A stretch of DNA of 64,000 nt from a virus, in the IMG/VR virus record IMGVR_UViG_3300046321_000098, positions 1 through 64,000 of that record; one strand, written 5' to 3'. Under the pieces are notes generated by a model that worked only from the letters and a program-made list of their open reading frames with translations, searched no databases and was not told the DNA's origin. Shown piece by piece: positions 18,096 to 28,570 of the stretch. Made by a program: the position numbers and the translations under genes. Each line of letters opens with the position of its first letter. Positions within the stretch are counted from its first letter, which is position 1.

Positions 18096-21000
18096 ATGTT
18101 TGAACTCTCCTCCCTAAAGTTTAACGTAAACACAGAAAAGCTCAAAGAAGCTATCGAGATGGTAGATGAATTAGGCACGTCTGTTAACAAACTTAAAACA
18201 CCCCTAAAAGGTTTAGAGACAGCGGCAACAACAGCAGGTGATGCTGTTGTTAAAGGAGCAGGTGCAGGGACAACCGCACTGCAGAAACAGACAAAACAAA
18301 CGGACATGATGGGTCACGCTGTAGAACGCTTTTATAAAGAGAAAGAAAAAGCAGCAAAAGCAGACGAGATTGTTCAGAAACGCAGTCAAAGTATTCTTGA
18401 GAAACAGGTATCCGTCCTCAGTATTATGGGCGACGGTTGGTCAAAAGGTCAAGCAGGTGTTCTTGCCGCAGCTCAGGCTGCTGGTATAGCTAACAATGAG
18501 TTTCAGAAACTAAAAGACACACTGGCTTCCCAAAGAAGACTTGTTGGTGGTGATCCATTTGACAAAAGTGCAAGCGGTCTTGTTGGTTTGAAACAAGGTC
18601 TAGGAGAGGCTCGTGAAGGCTACCGTCAACTCACAGTTTACGAAAAAGAATACGCAAGATTAAAAGCGGAGGGCAATGGTGTAGAGATGCGACTGGTTGC
18701 CCTTAATCGTAAAGAAACTGACAGTCTGTATCGTGACAAGCAACGAATGATTGAGCAATACAAAATGCTCAAAACAGCTCAGTTTGACTCTAGCGACACT
18801 GCGATGATTGAGAAGCAAAAGAACGCTTACAAGGACTTAGTATCTAATGTTAAGAACCTCGAAAATACATACAAAGAAGTAGCCACTGCCAAGCGCCCAC
18901 TGGATAATATTCGCACAGTTGATGCGACGAAACGCCGCGACCAGTTAAACTACATTGCTCGTGGCACTTCCGTACAATTAGGTGATATTGGTGTCTCACT
19001 AGCAGGTGGTCAGAATCCTATCACTGTAGCGATCCAACAATTTGACCAGTTGCGTAGTATTCTTGGTGGTGTTGGCAACGACACCAAGGCTATGCAGGAA
19101 GTGATGCAAAATGCATTCACCCAAATTGTGCAGGGATTTGCATACGTTGCAACTGCAATGGGGCAGTTTGTTGTTGGTGCTGTTGTCAATACATCAAAGG
19201 CACTTCTAACATTCGCAAGCGACATCACAGGTACAACCTATGTTTTAGCAACTTTACGCAAAGCCTTGGTTAGTCTTTCAGGTAGTGAAGCATCAGGTGT
19301 TGTTAAAACCTTTGACAGCATAGGTAAAGTTATTGTAGGAATCTCAGCTACACTCGTAGCATCACTCACCGTAGGTTTAATCGGCGTAGCCCTAGCCTAC
19401 AAAGAAATCATCCAGACATCTCAAGACCTCTCAGTAGCTCTTGCAATGTCAGGCGGTGCAATCGCCATCAACAAAGACGAAGCCTTAAAAATGTCAGCAG
19501 CACTGGCAAGTACATCAGGCACGTCTATGCAAGTCGTAGGTGTTATCACTGAGATTGCTAAAGCAGGTAACTTAGGTAAAGACTCAATAGCTGGTATCAC
19601 CAAAGCCTCTTTGGACTTGCAAAAGTACGGTGGTATTGCTGTTAAAGACACAGTGGCTTTGTACGCTAAATTAGCTGATGACCCTGTAAAGGGTTTGACT
19701 GAACTCGCCTTGAAAACAGGTGATGTATCTCAAGCGACTCTTGACCATATTGGAAAACTTGTTGCACAAGGCGACTCCGTTAATGCGGTGACATTAGCCA
19801 TTGAAGAGATGAACCGTGTGAATGGTTTAGCTTCACAGCAAATGCTTGCTGATATGAGTCCATTAGAAGTGCTCTGGTCTGAAATGAAAGGTCAATTAAC
19901 CTCTTTGAAAGAAGAGTTTTACGCGATAGCAGGTTCATCTGAACTTGTTAACGTCTTTGCAACAGCTTGGAGAACTGTTTCTGTAATGGTGTCCGAAGTT
20001 TGGTTTGTAATTAAAGGTGTAGGTAAAGAGATAGGCGGTTTAGCTGCACAATTAGGTGCTCTTGCATCTGGAGATTTCAAAGGCGCTTCCAACATCAGAG
20101 GCATGATGGTAGAGGACGCTAAAGCAGCAAGAACGGCACAAGATGCGTTAACTAAATCTATTGTAGAAGGAACAAGTTCAAGGTCTAGTGCAGAAAAGCA
20201 GTACATCAACGTAATGCAAGCTGGTGCTATTGTTCGCCGTGAAATGACTGAAGCTGATAAAGCTCAGAATATCGCAGGAATCAAAGCAGGAGAATCTTTA
20301 AAGAAAGAAGCTGAAAAATACAACAACGTATCTAACCTAGATGGTGCAGGACGTGAAAAAGCTAAACAAGCGGCAATAGATAAAGTGCGTAAGTTAACCG
20401 TAGAAAGTATGAAAGCTCATGGTGCTGATGTTGTAGCCATTGAGAAAAAATTAGCTGAAACTACAGCAAACATTGAGGAGCAGTACAAGCCTAAGAAAGA
20501 AAAGTCCAATTCGTCAGGTATTAACGACTCAATTAAAGCAGAACAAAAGACAATTGAGGATGCCCGTAAAGGTATTCAGCGAAGTGCAAACATGCAAATG
20601 GACGCACTTAACAGCTTGCACAAACGTGAGTTAGTTAATGATGTTGATTTCTTTAATCAGAAGTTCCTGATTGAAAAAGAAAGCATCGACAACTCCATTG
20701 ATCTACTCAAGCAAGAGCAATCTATTGCAAGCAAGAAAAAGAATAGCCTAGCAGAAGTACAAGCCTTCCAAGGCAAGATAAGGGACGAGCAGGATAAGCT
20801 CAAGGACAAAGAATTAGAACGTAACTATGCCTTGCTGGACTTACAAGACAAGCTCGCTAAGGCTAGTATCAAAGCGTCCTTGACTGAAATAACAGCACTG
20901 CAAGAAAAGAACAAAGCTCAAAAGTTAGACAACGAATTGATCGGTTTAACTATTCAAGAGACTCAAGCCTTGAAAGCAGTAAGAGCAGACAGTGTTATTG

Positions 21001-23750
21001 CTTTACAAGCAGAGCATGTTGCTTATATGGAAAAGTACGGTTTGTCTGAATCAAGTGCAACAGCTTATGAGCTTGAGAAGCAAAAGCTGAACGCACTCAG
21101 AGAAGCACGTAACCTTGACACTGATGCAATCGCTCGTCACACAGAAGCAGAGCGTAAGAAGTTGAATGAAACTGTCAACGAAGGCTTTAGAAAAGATGGG
21201 TTAAATCTTGAAGATGCTCAAGCTGAGTTGAACTTTAGAGAGTCTTTGATTGGAACCTACGGTGTTCAAAAAGAAGAGGCTAAACAAGCCTACGAACTTG
21301 AGAAGCAGATGCTGCAAGTTAACCGCAAGCAGACCGAGGATTTAATCAGTGTTAGAAAACAGTACAACGCTTTATTAACCAACAACCCAGAGCAGAATAG
21401 TAAGACACTTAGTGATTTAGCTGCTGTTGAAGCAGTTATCAATTCCAACGCTGAAAAACAAATCCAACAGATTCAAAAGGGTGCGAAGATTGCACAGAAG
21501 GAACTATTGGATGGTAAATTTGACAAGGTAGCAGAGGGTCTAGCGGATGCCTTGGTAACAGGTATGACTAAGGGGGCTAAAGCGGGTCGTAAAAAGTTAC
21601 GTGACCTGATTGTTGCAGAACTTGAAAAGACAATTACTCTTTCTATTACAGCAAACATCAAGGGGTTGCTTGGTGGGGGGCAAGGTGGTGGATTGCTGGA
21701 TAGTTTATTTGGTAAGGTCACTGACAGTCTTTTCTCAAAAGGTGCGGATTTACTTGGAGGCTTGTTTGGTAGCAGCGGAGCGGCAGGAGCGTTTGGTGCT
21801 TCGTCAACTTTTGGTGTAGCTACTGGTACAATAGGTACTGGTGGCTTGAGCGCGGCTGGTGGTACTGGTGCGGCGGCACTGGCTGAACTGAGCACAGGCA
21901 TTGCTGGATTAGGAACAGCGGCAACCACAACCGCTGCCGCTGCAGCATCTGGAGCAGTAGCTACAGGCGGTTTAGGTGCTTCTATTTTAGGAGCAATTCC
22001 TGGCGTTGGCTGGTTAGCACTAGGTATTGGGGCTTTGATAGGAATTTTCGGCTCTGGAAAAGATAAGATTCCTACGGTATTAAACGACCTAGCTTTATTT
22101 AATAACTCTCTTATTGGCTTACCTTTTCTTGAACTTGCGATAGGCAGTGATGAGGCGGCACAAGGCTTGCGTGATGTGATGTATGGTTTAGAGAACTCAT
22201 CCCCTACCATGCGTAAACTTGCTGGTGAAACTTTAAGTCTAAGTGTCGAGTTGCTAAGAGCGACTGGAGATATTGCAGGTGCTGCAAATCTAGCTAGAAA
22301 CATTGGTACAAGGGGAATGTCTGAAAAAGAAATTGCTGTATATGACTACAACGAGAAACTACGCAGTCAAATCGAAGCAGCAAGAGCAGGTGCAAGTGCA
22401 GCCCAAGCAGCAGCCCAAGCTGAAGAGCAGTTAGCTAAGACTCGTTGGGATTTAGCGGGTAAGTTGAACATCCTCCTAGGGCGTACAACACAGAAGGAGT
22501 TTGACCGTGCTACACAGTTAGCTGGTACAACAGATGCTGCATCTCTTAGTATGTTGAATTTAATCTTTCAAATGGAAGACCTGCATTTAGCGGTAGATGC
22601 CGCCTACGGTGTGCTTGAAAGAAGTGTAGCTGCTGAACGTAAACTTGGTGAAGTGCGTTTAAAGGCTGCTACAGACCTCCAAACATTGCTTAAAGCATCG
22701 AAAACAGCTAACACTGTAGAAGTATCTAGGAAAGCAGCCCAAGCGCAGTTAAGTATGTTCTTGGCAGTGGCTAAGGCAAGTGGCTTCTTGCCATCTGCGG
22801 AAACGTTAAAACCTTTGCTAGATTCAATTGGCAAACCTTCCGAGGACTTGTTTAGTACTTTTGAGGATTATCAAAGAGACTTCCTAAAGACTTCTAGGAA
22901 TATTGCAGAAATGTCTGGACTAGCAGATAAGCAAGTGACAATGGAGCAAAAAACTCTTGACGCTTTAGATGCACAACTAGCGAATGCTAAGGCACAGTTA
23001 GACGCGCTGAAAGGTGTAGATAATTCAGTCAAGGATGTTTCAACAGCTGTTAATGATTTTAGTGCAGTAATGCAAGCTTTATCTGCCGCGCAGAGTTCAG
23101 CCGCAACCTTTAGTTACCCTGCTCCGTCCTCTGGCGGCGGAGGTGGCGGTAGTTCAGGTTCTGGTGGTTCATCCTCTGCAGCATCTACACCTACGTTTGA
23201 AGATATTATCGGTCAAGATAATAAGGACATTGTTGACGCATACAGAGAGTACTACAACCGCAACCCTGATCCCACTGGCTACAAGGGGTTTTTGGATTCA
23301 AAACTAACTGGAGATAAGTTGTCACAAGCGATTTTAGGTGCTTCTGCATCTAATACAGCAAGTGCGGATTATCGTATGGCAGTCTCAAGGAGTTATGACC
23401 CGCTAGACCCTATTAAGAAGTTTTGGAAAAGCAAAACCTCAACTAATACAGATATAGAGGGTTCATTCGCACAAGGTATTAATAGTGTGCCTTACGACAT
23501 GACTGCACAGATACACAAAGGTGAAAGAATTTTACCTGCTGCAGACAACACCGAACTGTTTGCAAGATTGCAAAGTCCTCAAGACAACGCTGTTGTTATG
23601 GCAGCAGCTATTGCAAGATTAACAGAGGAAGTAAAGATGCTGAGAAGTGAAACACGTCAGGGTGTTGTTAATACAGGGAAAGCTGCAGAAAGTTTAAGAA
23701 ATATGACAAATGAAAATGGAACAGCTTTTAATGTTGTAATGGAAACATGA
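18096..23750 (+). CDS. Tape measure protein
   Basis: 1884 aa Ala-rich helical; QLGDIGVSLAGGQNP...QQ lambda-type TMP motif; follows chaperones. Confidence 0.95.
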   Translation: MFELSSLKFNVNTEKLKEAIEMVDELGTSVNKLKTPLKGLETAATTAGDAVVKGAGAGTTALQKQTKQTDMMGHAVERFYKEKEKAAKADEIVQKRSQSILEKQVSVLSIMGDGWSKGQAGVLAAAQAAGIANNEFQKLKDTLASQRRLVGGDPFDKSASGLVGLKQGLGEAREGYRQLTVYEKEYARLKAEGNGVEMRLVALNRKETDSLYRDKQRMIEQYKMLKTAQFDSSDTAMIEKQKNAYKDLVSNVKNLENTYKEVATAKRPLDNIRTVDATKRRDQLNYIARGTSVQLGDIGVSLAGGQNPITVAIQQFDQLRSILGGVGNDTKAMQEVMQNAFTQIVQGFAYVATAMGQFVVGAVVNTSKALLTFASDITGTTYVLATLRKALVSLSGSEASGVVKTFDSIGKVIVGISATLVASLTVGLIGVALAYKEIIQTSQDLSVALAMSGGAIAINKDEALKMSAALASTSGTSMQVVGVITEIAKAGNLGKDSIAGITKASLDLQKYGGIAVKDTVALYAKLADDPVKGLTELALKTGDVSQATLDHIGKLVAQGDSVNAVTLAIEEMNRVNGLASQQMLADMSPLEVLWSEMKGQLTSLKEEFYAIAGSSELVNVFATAWRTVSVMVSEVWFVIKGVGKEIGGLAAQLGALASGDFKGASNIRGMMVEDAKAARTAQDALTKSIVEGTSSRSSAEKQYINVMQAGAIVRREMTEADKAQNIAGIKAGESLKKEAEKYNNVSNLDGAGREKAKQAAIDKVRKLTVESMKAHGADVVAIEKKLAETTANIEEQYKPKKEKSNSSGINDSIKAEQKTIEDARKGIQRSANMQMDALNSLHKRELVNDVDFFNQKFLIEKESIDNSIDLLKQEQSIASKKKNSLAEVQAFQGKIRDEQDKLKDKELERNYALLDLQDKLAKASIKASLTEITALQEKNKAQKLDNELIGLTIQETQALKAVRADSVIALQAEHVAYMEKYGLSESSATAYELEKQKLNALREARNLDTDAIARHTEAERKKLNETVNEGFRKDGLNLEDAQAELNFRESLIGTYGVQKEEAKQAYELEKQMLQVNRKQTEDLISVRKQYNALLTNNPEQNSKTLSDLAAVEAVINSNAEKQIQQIQKGAKIAQKELLDGKFDKVAEGLADALVTGMTKGAKAGRKKLRDLIVAELEKTITLSITANIKGLLGGGQGGGLLDSLFGKVTDSLFSKGADLLGGLFGSSGAAGAFGASSTFGVATGTIGTGGLSAAGGTGAAALAELSTGIAGLGTAATTTAAAAASGAVATGGLGASILGAIPGVGWLALGIGALIGIFGSGKDKIPTVLNDLALFNNSLIGLPFLELAIGSDEAAQGLRDVMYGLENSSPTMRKLAGETLSLSVELLRATGDIAGAANLARNIGTRGMSEKEIAVYDYNEKLRSQIEAARAGASAAQAAAQAEEQLAKTRWDLAGKLNILLGRTTQKEFDRATQLAGTTDAASLSMLNLIFQMEDLHLAVDAAYGVLERSVAAERKLGEVRLKAATDLQTLLKASKTANTVEVSRKAAQAQLSMFLAVAKASGFLPSAETLKPLLDSIGKPSEDLFSTFEDYQRDFLKTSRNIAEMSGLADKQVTMEQKTLDALDAQLANAKAQLDALKGVDNSVKDVSTAVNDFSAVMQALSAAQSSAATFSYPAPSSGGGGGGSSGSGGSSSAASTPTFEDIIGQDNKDIVDAYREYYNRNPDPTGYKGFLDSKLTGDKLSQAILGASASNTASADYRMAVSRSYDPLDPIKKFWKSKTSTNTDIEGSFAQGINSVPYDMTAQIHKGERILPAADNTELFARLQSPQDNAVVMAAAIARLTEEVKMLRSETRQGVVNTGKAAESLRNMTNENGTAFNVVMET

Positions 23751-25165
23751 GTAACAATGTAAAAATTATTAAACCGATAACTGTAACTAATTCAATGATA
23801 GTTAGTACAAATCTTTTTGATACTCCTTTAAATGGTTGGTACTCTGGAGGTACATATAACACAGGGGATTATGTAAGTATTCCAGAAGATGGGGGCTACT
23901 CTTTCTACAAGTCCCTTCAGAATAGTAATACTAATCATCCACCAAGCACTTCTCCGACTTGGTGGGTTTTCAGTAACTTTAATTATTCGACTTATGTACA
24001 AGGTGCAGGGTATGCTCTTGGCGCACGAGTATTAGACCCAGTAACTAACTACGTTTACGAGAGTCTAACAGCAAATAATAATGGCGTACTAGACCCAGTT
24101 GCTACACCTCCTTGGTTAAACATTGGGGTAAATGCTTCTATATTGCCAGCTTTTTGGCTTCCTAGCACTACTTACGCACTAGGGGAGAAGATATTGTATA
24201 TACAAAGCACCCTTGGTGGAACTTTTGGACAACCTGACACAATTGTTCGTCAAATTGTCTACACTTCTCTTCAAGCGGGAAATATCGGTAACGACCCCTT
24301 CACGACACCAGCTTTTTGGGCTACAGATGTAACTTACCCTGTACCTTGGTTAAGTAGTGTTAATTATGTAAGTCAAAGAGTTGTATACACTCCAGACGGA
24401 AACCTTTGGCAGACTCCGTTTGGATGTAGGGGGATATTGCCAGCTGCTGAATATCCAGTTAACTGGTTTAAAGTTAAACCTAATAACCGTACCGCTATGT
24501 TCGATGACTTAAGCTCATCAGGCACTGAAGCTAATAAGCAAATACTGGTGACAGTGGCAAGCGGTGTAGTTACATCTATCGGTTTAGTTGCTGTTAACGC
24601 CGATGTAGCAAAAATAACGGTAAGAGACGGTTTAGCTGGTGCTATTGTATTTCAGAAAACAATAGGTTTATCTGGGGGCAATGCTTCAAATGGGTGGGAT
24701 TATTATTTTAGTGACCCAACAATAAGAAAAAGACAAGCATACATAAGTGGGATACCTCCTTATCTAAATTCCCATGTGACTTTAGAATTGACTGGAACAG
24801 GTGCTATTAGTATTGGGAATTTCATTCTAGGTGTCACAAAAGAGCTAGGTCTACCAGAGTACGGCGTAACTTCTGAAATCCTAGATTTTAGCAAAAAAAC
24901 GACAGATGATTTTGGTAGAACAACCTTTGTCAGACGAGGTTTTAAAAGAACAATGGATTGTAACATGTTCATTGAGAAATCTCAGTTATCTAGGATAGAG
25001 AATTTACTAGAGGATGTTCGCTCTACTCCAATTTTAGTTATTGCATCAGAAGACCCTGCTTACTCTGAGACAGCTATTCGATACTGCTTCTATAAATCAT
25101 TTAGAACAGAAATAAACTACCCTACATTTTCATTTTGTAGTATTCAATTTGAAGGATTAATTTAA
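23747..25165 (+). CDS. Tail tip protein with repeated carbohydrate-binding-like modules
   Basis: Repeats W...TY..G..V...Y.SL...N...P....W; C-terminal DFSKKTTDDFG..TFVRRGF. Confidence 0.7.
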   Translation: MSNNVKIIKPITVTNSMIVSTNLFDTPLNGWYSGGTYNTGDYVSIPEDGGYSFYKSLQNSNTNHPPSTSPTWWVFSNFNYSTYVQGAGYALGARVLDPVTNYVYESLTANNNGVLDPVATPPWLNIGVNASILPAFWLPSTTYALGEKILYIQSTLGGTFGQPDTIVRQIVYTSLQAGNIGNDPFTTPAFWATDVTYPVPWLSSVNYVSQRVVYTPDGNLWQTPFGCRGILPAAEYPVNWFKVKPNNRTAMFDDLSSSGTEANKQILVTVASGVVTSIGLVAVNADVAKITVRDGLAGAIVFQKTIGLSGGNASNGWDYYFSDPTIRKRQAYISGIPPYLNSHVTLELTGTGAISIGNFILGVTKELGLPEYGVTSEILDFSKKTTDDFGRTTFVRRGFKRTMDCNMFIEKSQLSRIENLLEDVRSTPILVIASEDPAYSETAIRYCFYKSFRTEINYPTFSFCSIQFEGLI

Positions 25166-25166
25166 T

Positions 25167-26525
25167 ATGACACTCGCAACTTACACAGGTAATATACCAA
25201 ATCGCTTAACAGGAGCTGACACTTTTAGTTCTGACGTGGATTATTATCATGCTTATTTTACACCGTTTATTGCTCAATTTAACGCTGATGTGGCAGCTCT
25301 GAATTTAAACTCCGTTATTGACACAAGTGCTTCAAGTGTCTTAATTGGTACAGGAACAAAGAGTTTCACAGTCAGCCTCAATAAAAGTTTTCAAGCTGGA
25401 CAGTTTCTAATTTTTGCTGACAGTGCCGCGCCTTCGACTAACAGCATGGTTGTACAAGTTACTAGCTATAATACAAGCTCTGGTGCTATTGTAGTTAACT
25501 CCCTTTCTGTGTATGGCTCAGGGACAAAGACTGCATGGGTAATATCTCTTACTGGAGCACCTGCACAATTACCAAGTGGTCAAGCTGGACGAGCTGCGCT
25601 AGATATTAAACAGCAAGAGAGTGTTGATTATTCTTTTGCTTCAGGTTCGTTAACATTAAAACTAAACCCAACCAATCTCGATTTTAGATCCACTACAACT
25701 TCTAGTGGTGTACCTGTTAATATTGTCGCAGCCGGTCAATTAACGACAGTAATTAGTTCAGGTTCTACTGCAGGAATGGTATCAGGTGTATCAGGGGATA
25801 TTTTATTACTCGCTATTAATAATGCGGGGACTATGGAGTTAGCTTGGAGCAACACAGTAAACCCTTTTATTTTTGACGAGACTAGCTTAATCAACACTGT
25901 TGCCGAAGGAGGAGCAGGCGCTGCAGATTCAGCTTCTACAATATACTCTACAACAGCTAGAACAGGGGTAGCTTATAGGGTTGTAGGTTTATTTAGAAGC
26001 ACTCAAACAACTGCAGGTACTTGGGCGCAGACTCCTACGCTTGTACAAGGCGCAGGGTTTGCAACACTAGGTATATTCAATAAAAGAAGTCTAGTAGATA
26101 TACCCTTACCAGCTTTTAGCGCTTACGCTAACACTAACCAATCTGTTGCTACAAGCACTTTCACAAAAGTGCAGCTACAAGTTAAAGAGTACGACACTTC
26201 CAACAGTTTTGATAATACATCGTTATACAGGTTTACACCACAAGTTGCAGGATATTATCAAGTTAATGGCGGCACTAACTATGTATTACCTGCTGCTAGT
26301 ATGCTTTGTGTTCTTTACAAGAATGGTGTTATTTATAAACGTGGAACTCAAAGTGGTTCTGCAGCTTCTGCAGGCTACGGGTCAACAGTTCACTCCTTAA
26401 TCTACTTAAATGGCACATCGGATTATATTGAATTGTACACTTATCAAGCCTCTGGAGGCACAATAGGCACACTTGGAACTATAGATGGAACTTATTTCAA
26501 CGGTGTTTTGTTAAAGGCAGGTTAA
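25167..26525 (+). CDS. Tail fibre / receptor-binding protein with C1q-like C-terminal domain
   Basis: PAFSAY...FTP.VAGYYQV...YLNG..DYIELY. Confidence 0.75.
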   Translation: MTLATYTGNIPNRLTGADTFSSDVDYYHAYFTPFIAQFNADVAALNLNSVIDTSASSVLIGTGTKSFTVSLNKSFQAGQFLIFADSAAPSTNSMVVQVTSYNTSSGAIVVNSLSVYGSGTKTAWVISLTGAPAQLPSGQAGRAALDIKQQESVDYSFASGSLTLKLNPTNLDFRSTTTSSGVPVNIVAAGQLTTVISSGSTAGMVSGVSGDILLLAINNAGTMELAWSNTVNPFIFDETSLINTVAEGGAGAADSASTIYSTTARTGVAYRVVGLFRSTQTTAGTWAQTPTLVQGAGFATLGIFNKRSLVDIPLPAFSAYANTNQSVATSTFTKVQLQVKEYDTSNSFDNTSLYRFTPQVAGYYQVNGGTNYVLPAASMLCVLYKNGVIYKRGTQSGSAASAGYGSTVHSLIYLNGTSDYIELYTYQASGGTIGTLGTIDGTYFNGVLLKAG

Positions 26526-26984
26526 ATGTTAGATACTATTCTATTTCTTTATCCGAGTGCTATACCATTAACTGATTTTATATTGGAAGACTCAGGGAAC
26601 GGTGTAGAAATAAAAAACTGGAATACAGGTAAACTAGGTGATACTCCTGCTCTAGCTACTTTAGCCTCTACAATAGTACCACCCAAGACACAAGCGGAGT
26701 TAGACTATCTTCGCTATGTTAAACGCAGCCAAGCTAAGGATAAAATACTAGACGAGTTTGCTGCAGAAAACATGGGACGCATTAGGGCAGGTACTTGGAC
26801 TGTTCCTAATCTAATTGCCTTGACGCAAGATGCTCAGTTGACAACCCTTCTCAGTAATATTAATACACTAAGTTTTGAGTTAGCAATTAGTTCTGTTCAG
26901 TCTTTAACAAACCCCTTAATCACCCCTGTCATTAAAACATCTTGGATTTCAAAACTCCAAGCTAACTTGTTCTTAACACCATGA
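26526..26984 (+). CDS. Tail fibre assembly protein (XkdW-like N-terminus)
   Basis: LYP.A....DF.LED.G.G..I..WN motif. Confidence 0.55.
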   Translation: MLDTILFLYPSAIPLTDFILEDSGNGVEIKNWNTGKLGDTPALATLASTIVPPKTQAELDYLRYVKRSQAKDKILDEFAAENMGRIRAGTWTVPNLIALTQDAQLTTLLSNINTLSFELAISSVQSLTNPLITPVIKTSWISKLQANLFLTP

Positions 26985-27421
26985 AAATCGGATTTAAAAA
27001 GGGGCATAAATTCTATAGCCCAATTGTAAGAACCTTTACTACTTCACAATGGTCACATGCTGCTGTGTGGATTGGTGATAACCTTTATGAGTCTACGGCT
27101 TTAAAAGGTGATAAATACAAATCTGGTGTGAGGTGCTACCCAATTTCACAAGAAATTAGTGATGAGTATGAGTGGTTTGATTGTAATGTTCCTGATAAGC
27201 TAGCACTTGAAAGGTTTAATCAAATTAGCGGCTGCTCCTACGACTACTTCAGTTTACTCTCTTTCTTGACTTTAAAAGTACGAGATTCTAAGCGGTATTA
27301 TTGCTATGAATTAGTTTTGTACATGATGACAGGAAATGTAAATGAAAGAGCAACAGGTGAAGTCTTATTAACCCATCTTGCAAGACTTCAGAAAGCACAA
27401 AATGGAACAAACATTATTTGA
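26981..27421 (+). CDS. Permuted papain-like amidase (YiiX/YaeF, C92)
   Basis: S.WSHAA...YD...YYCYELV: His before Cys. Confidence 0.75.
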   Translation: MKIGFKKGHKFYSPIVRTFTTSQWSHAAVWIGDNLYESTALKGDKYKSGVRCYPISQEISDEYEWFDCNVPDKLALERFNQISGCSYDYFSLLSFLTLKVRDSKRYYCYELVLYMMTGNVNERATGEVLLTHLARLQKAQNGTNII

Positions 27422-27593
27422 AAAATACCTTGCGAGAGAGTATACACAGACTACAGGGGTAATCATTCTGGGTTTTGTATCTTTGTGGTTGGGCTTTCTT
27501 GAGTCCACAGCATTGGTAACACTGGTTGGGCTTGCCCTTGGTGTGTATGGCGCTAGTAAATATGCCGAAAAGAAATTGGAGTTAGAAAAATGA
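27402..27593 (+). CDS. Small two-TM membrane protein (holin/antiholin candidate)
   Basis: Two hydrophobic segments, charged C-terminus, lysis region. Confidence 0.55.
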   Translation: MEQTLFEKYLAREYTQTTGVIILGFVSLWLGFLESTALVTLVGLALGVYGASKYAEKKLELEK

Positions 27594-27793
27594 AATTAGA
27601 AATCAAAGAGGTGTTTTGGTTAACTGTCGTGATAACAGGTTTACTGTTCTTTACAGGAATAGCTGTTGTGCCATTCACGACGAGTTTAACCACAGACCCC
27701 TACACACAGAACATTATGTACGCGATTGGGAGGTTACCTGTAGTGTTTACTGCTATTTATTTTTATTTGAGTCTATTAGGGGAAAAGCGATGA
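27590..27793 (+). CDS. Small two-TM membrane protein
   Basis: Hydrophobic 67 aa, ATGA-coupled. Confidence 0.55.
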   Translation: MKLEIKEVFWLTVVITGLLFFTGIAVVPFTTSLTTDPYTQNIMYAIGRLPVVFTAIYFYLSLLGEKR

Positions 27794-28053
27794 ATGAAAC
27801 AGGGTATGAACTGTTTGGTTTTAAGGTGTCAATGACTGGAGGTATTACTTGGTTTGCTTCAATGATGCAGGGAATTGATTTAACACAGGTACTTGGTTTT
27901 GTGGCTTTAGTGGTAGGTGTGTTTATCCAAATCGTTTCACACATTAGGAATAAGAAAGCAGATGAACGTGCGAAGCAGCAACACACCCTTGAGATGAAAT
28001 TGTTAACTAAGCAACTGGAAGAACTGGAGGAGAAGGATGGACGCGAATCGTAA
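27790..28053 (+). CDS. Holin candidate
   Basis: TM segment plus highly charged tail directly before endolysin. Confidence 0.65.
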   Translation: MNETGYELFGFKVSMTGGITWFASMMQGIDLTQVLGFVALVVGVFIQIVSHIRNKKADERAKQQHTLEMKLLTKQLEELEEKDGRES

Positions 28054-28570
28054 GTCGATAGCAGCACTGACCATTACTGCTGCTCTTCTGTTGGGCGTTT
28101 CTCAGCACGAAGGGTTTAGGGATACCGCTTACATTCCAATCAAAGGTGATGTACCGACTATTGGTTTTGGTAGTACCGTTCACCCTGATGGGACTCCTGT
28201 AAAACTTGGCGACACAATCTCAAGAAAGACAGCGGAGTCTTACCTGAAGGGTGATTTAGATAAGTTCAAGGTGGGGTTAATGAAATGCGTTAAAGCACCG
28301 TTGTACGAGAATGAGTTCAATGCTTATATGGAGTTAACCTACAACATCGGAGCGAGTGCTTTCTGTAATAGCTCTATTCCTCGTAAGTTAAATACGGGGC
28401 AGTACGAAGAAGCTTGTAAGACAATTTTACAGTTCAATAAGATGAGGGACACCTCTAAACCGATGGTGCGAAATGCTCAGGGTAAGATGGTTTATCAACT
28501 GAAAGTCATTAAAGGTCTTGACAATCGCCGCAAGAGTGAACACCGTGAATGCATAGGAGGGTCTGTATGA
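28037..28570 (+). CDS. Endolysin, GH24 lysozyme with probable SAR domain
   Basis: HEG...Y....DVPTIGFGST catalytic triad; hydrophobic N-terminus; GLDNRR. Confidence 0.93.
   Translation: MDANRKSIAALTITAALLLGVSQHEGFRDTAYIPIKGDVPTIGFGSTVHPDGTPVKLGDTISRKTAESYLKGDLDKFKVGLMKCVKAPLYENEFNAYMELTYNIGASAFCNSSIPRKLNTGQYEEACKTILQFNKMRDTSKPMVRNAQGKMVYQLKVIKGLDNRRKSEHRECIGGSV

Noticed and set aside
21473-22303. 276-aa minus-strand ORF
   Set aside because: Antisense shadow of the Gly/Ala-rich TMP segment; no RBS or domain motif
23747-26525. Diversity-generating retroelement acting on tail genes
   Set aside because: No reverse transcriptase and no TR/VR repeat pair seen
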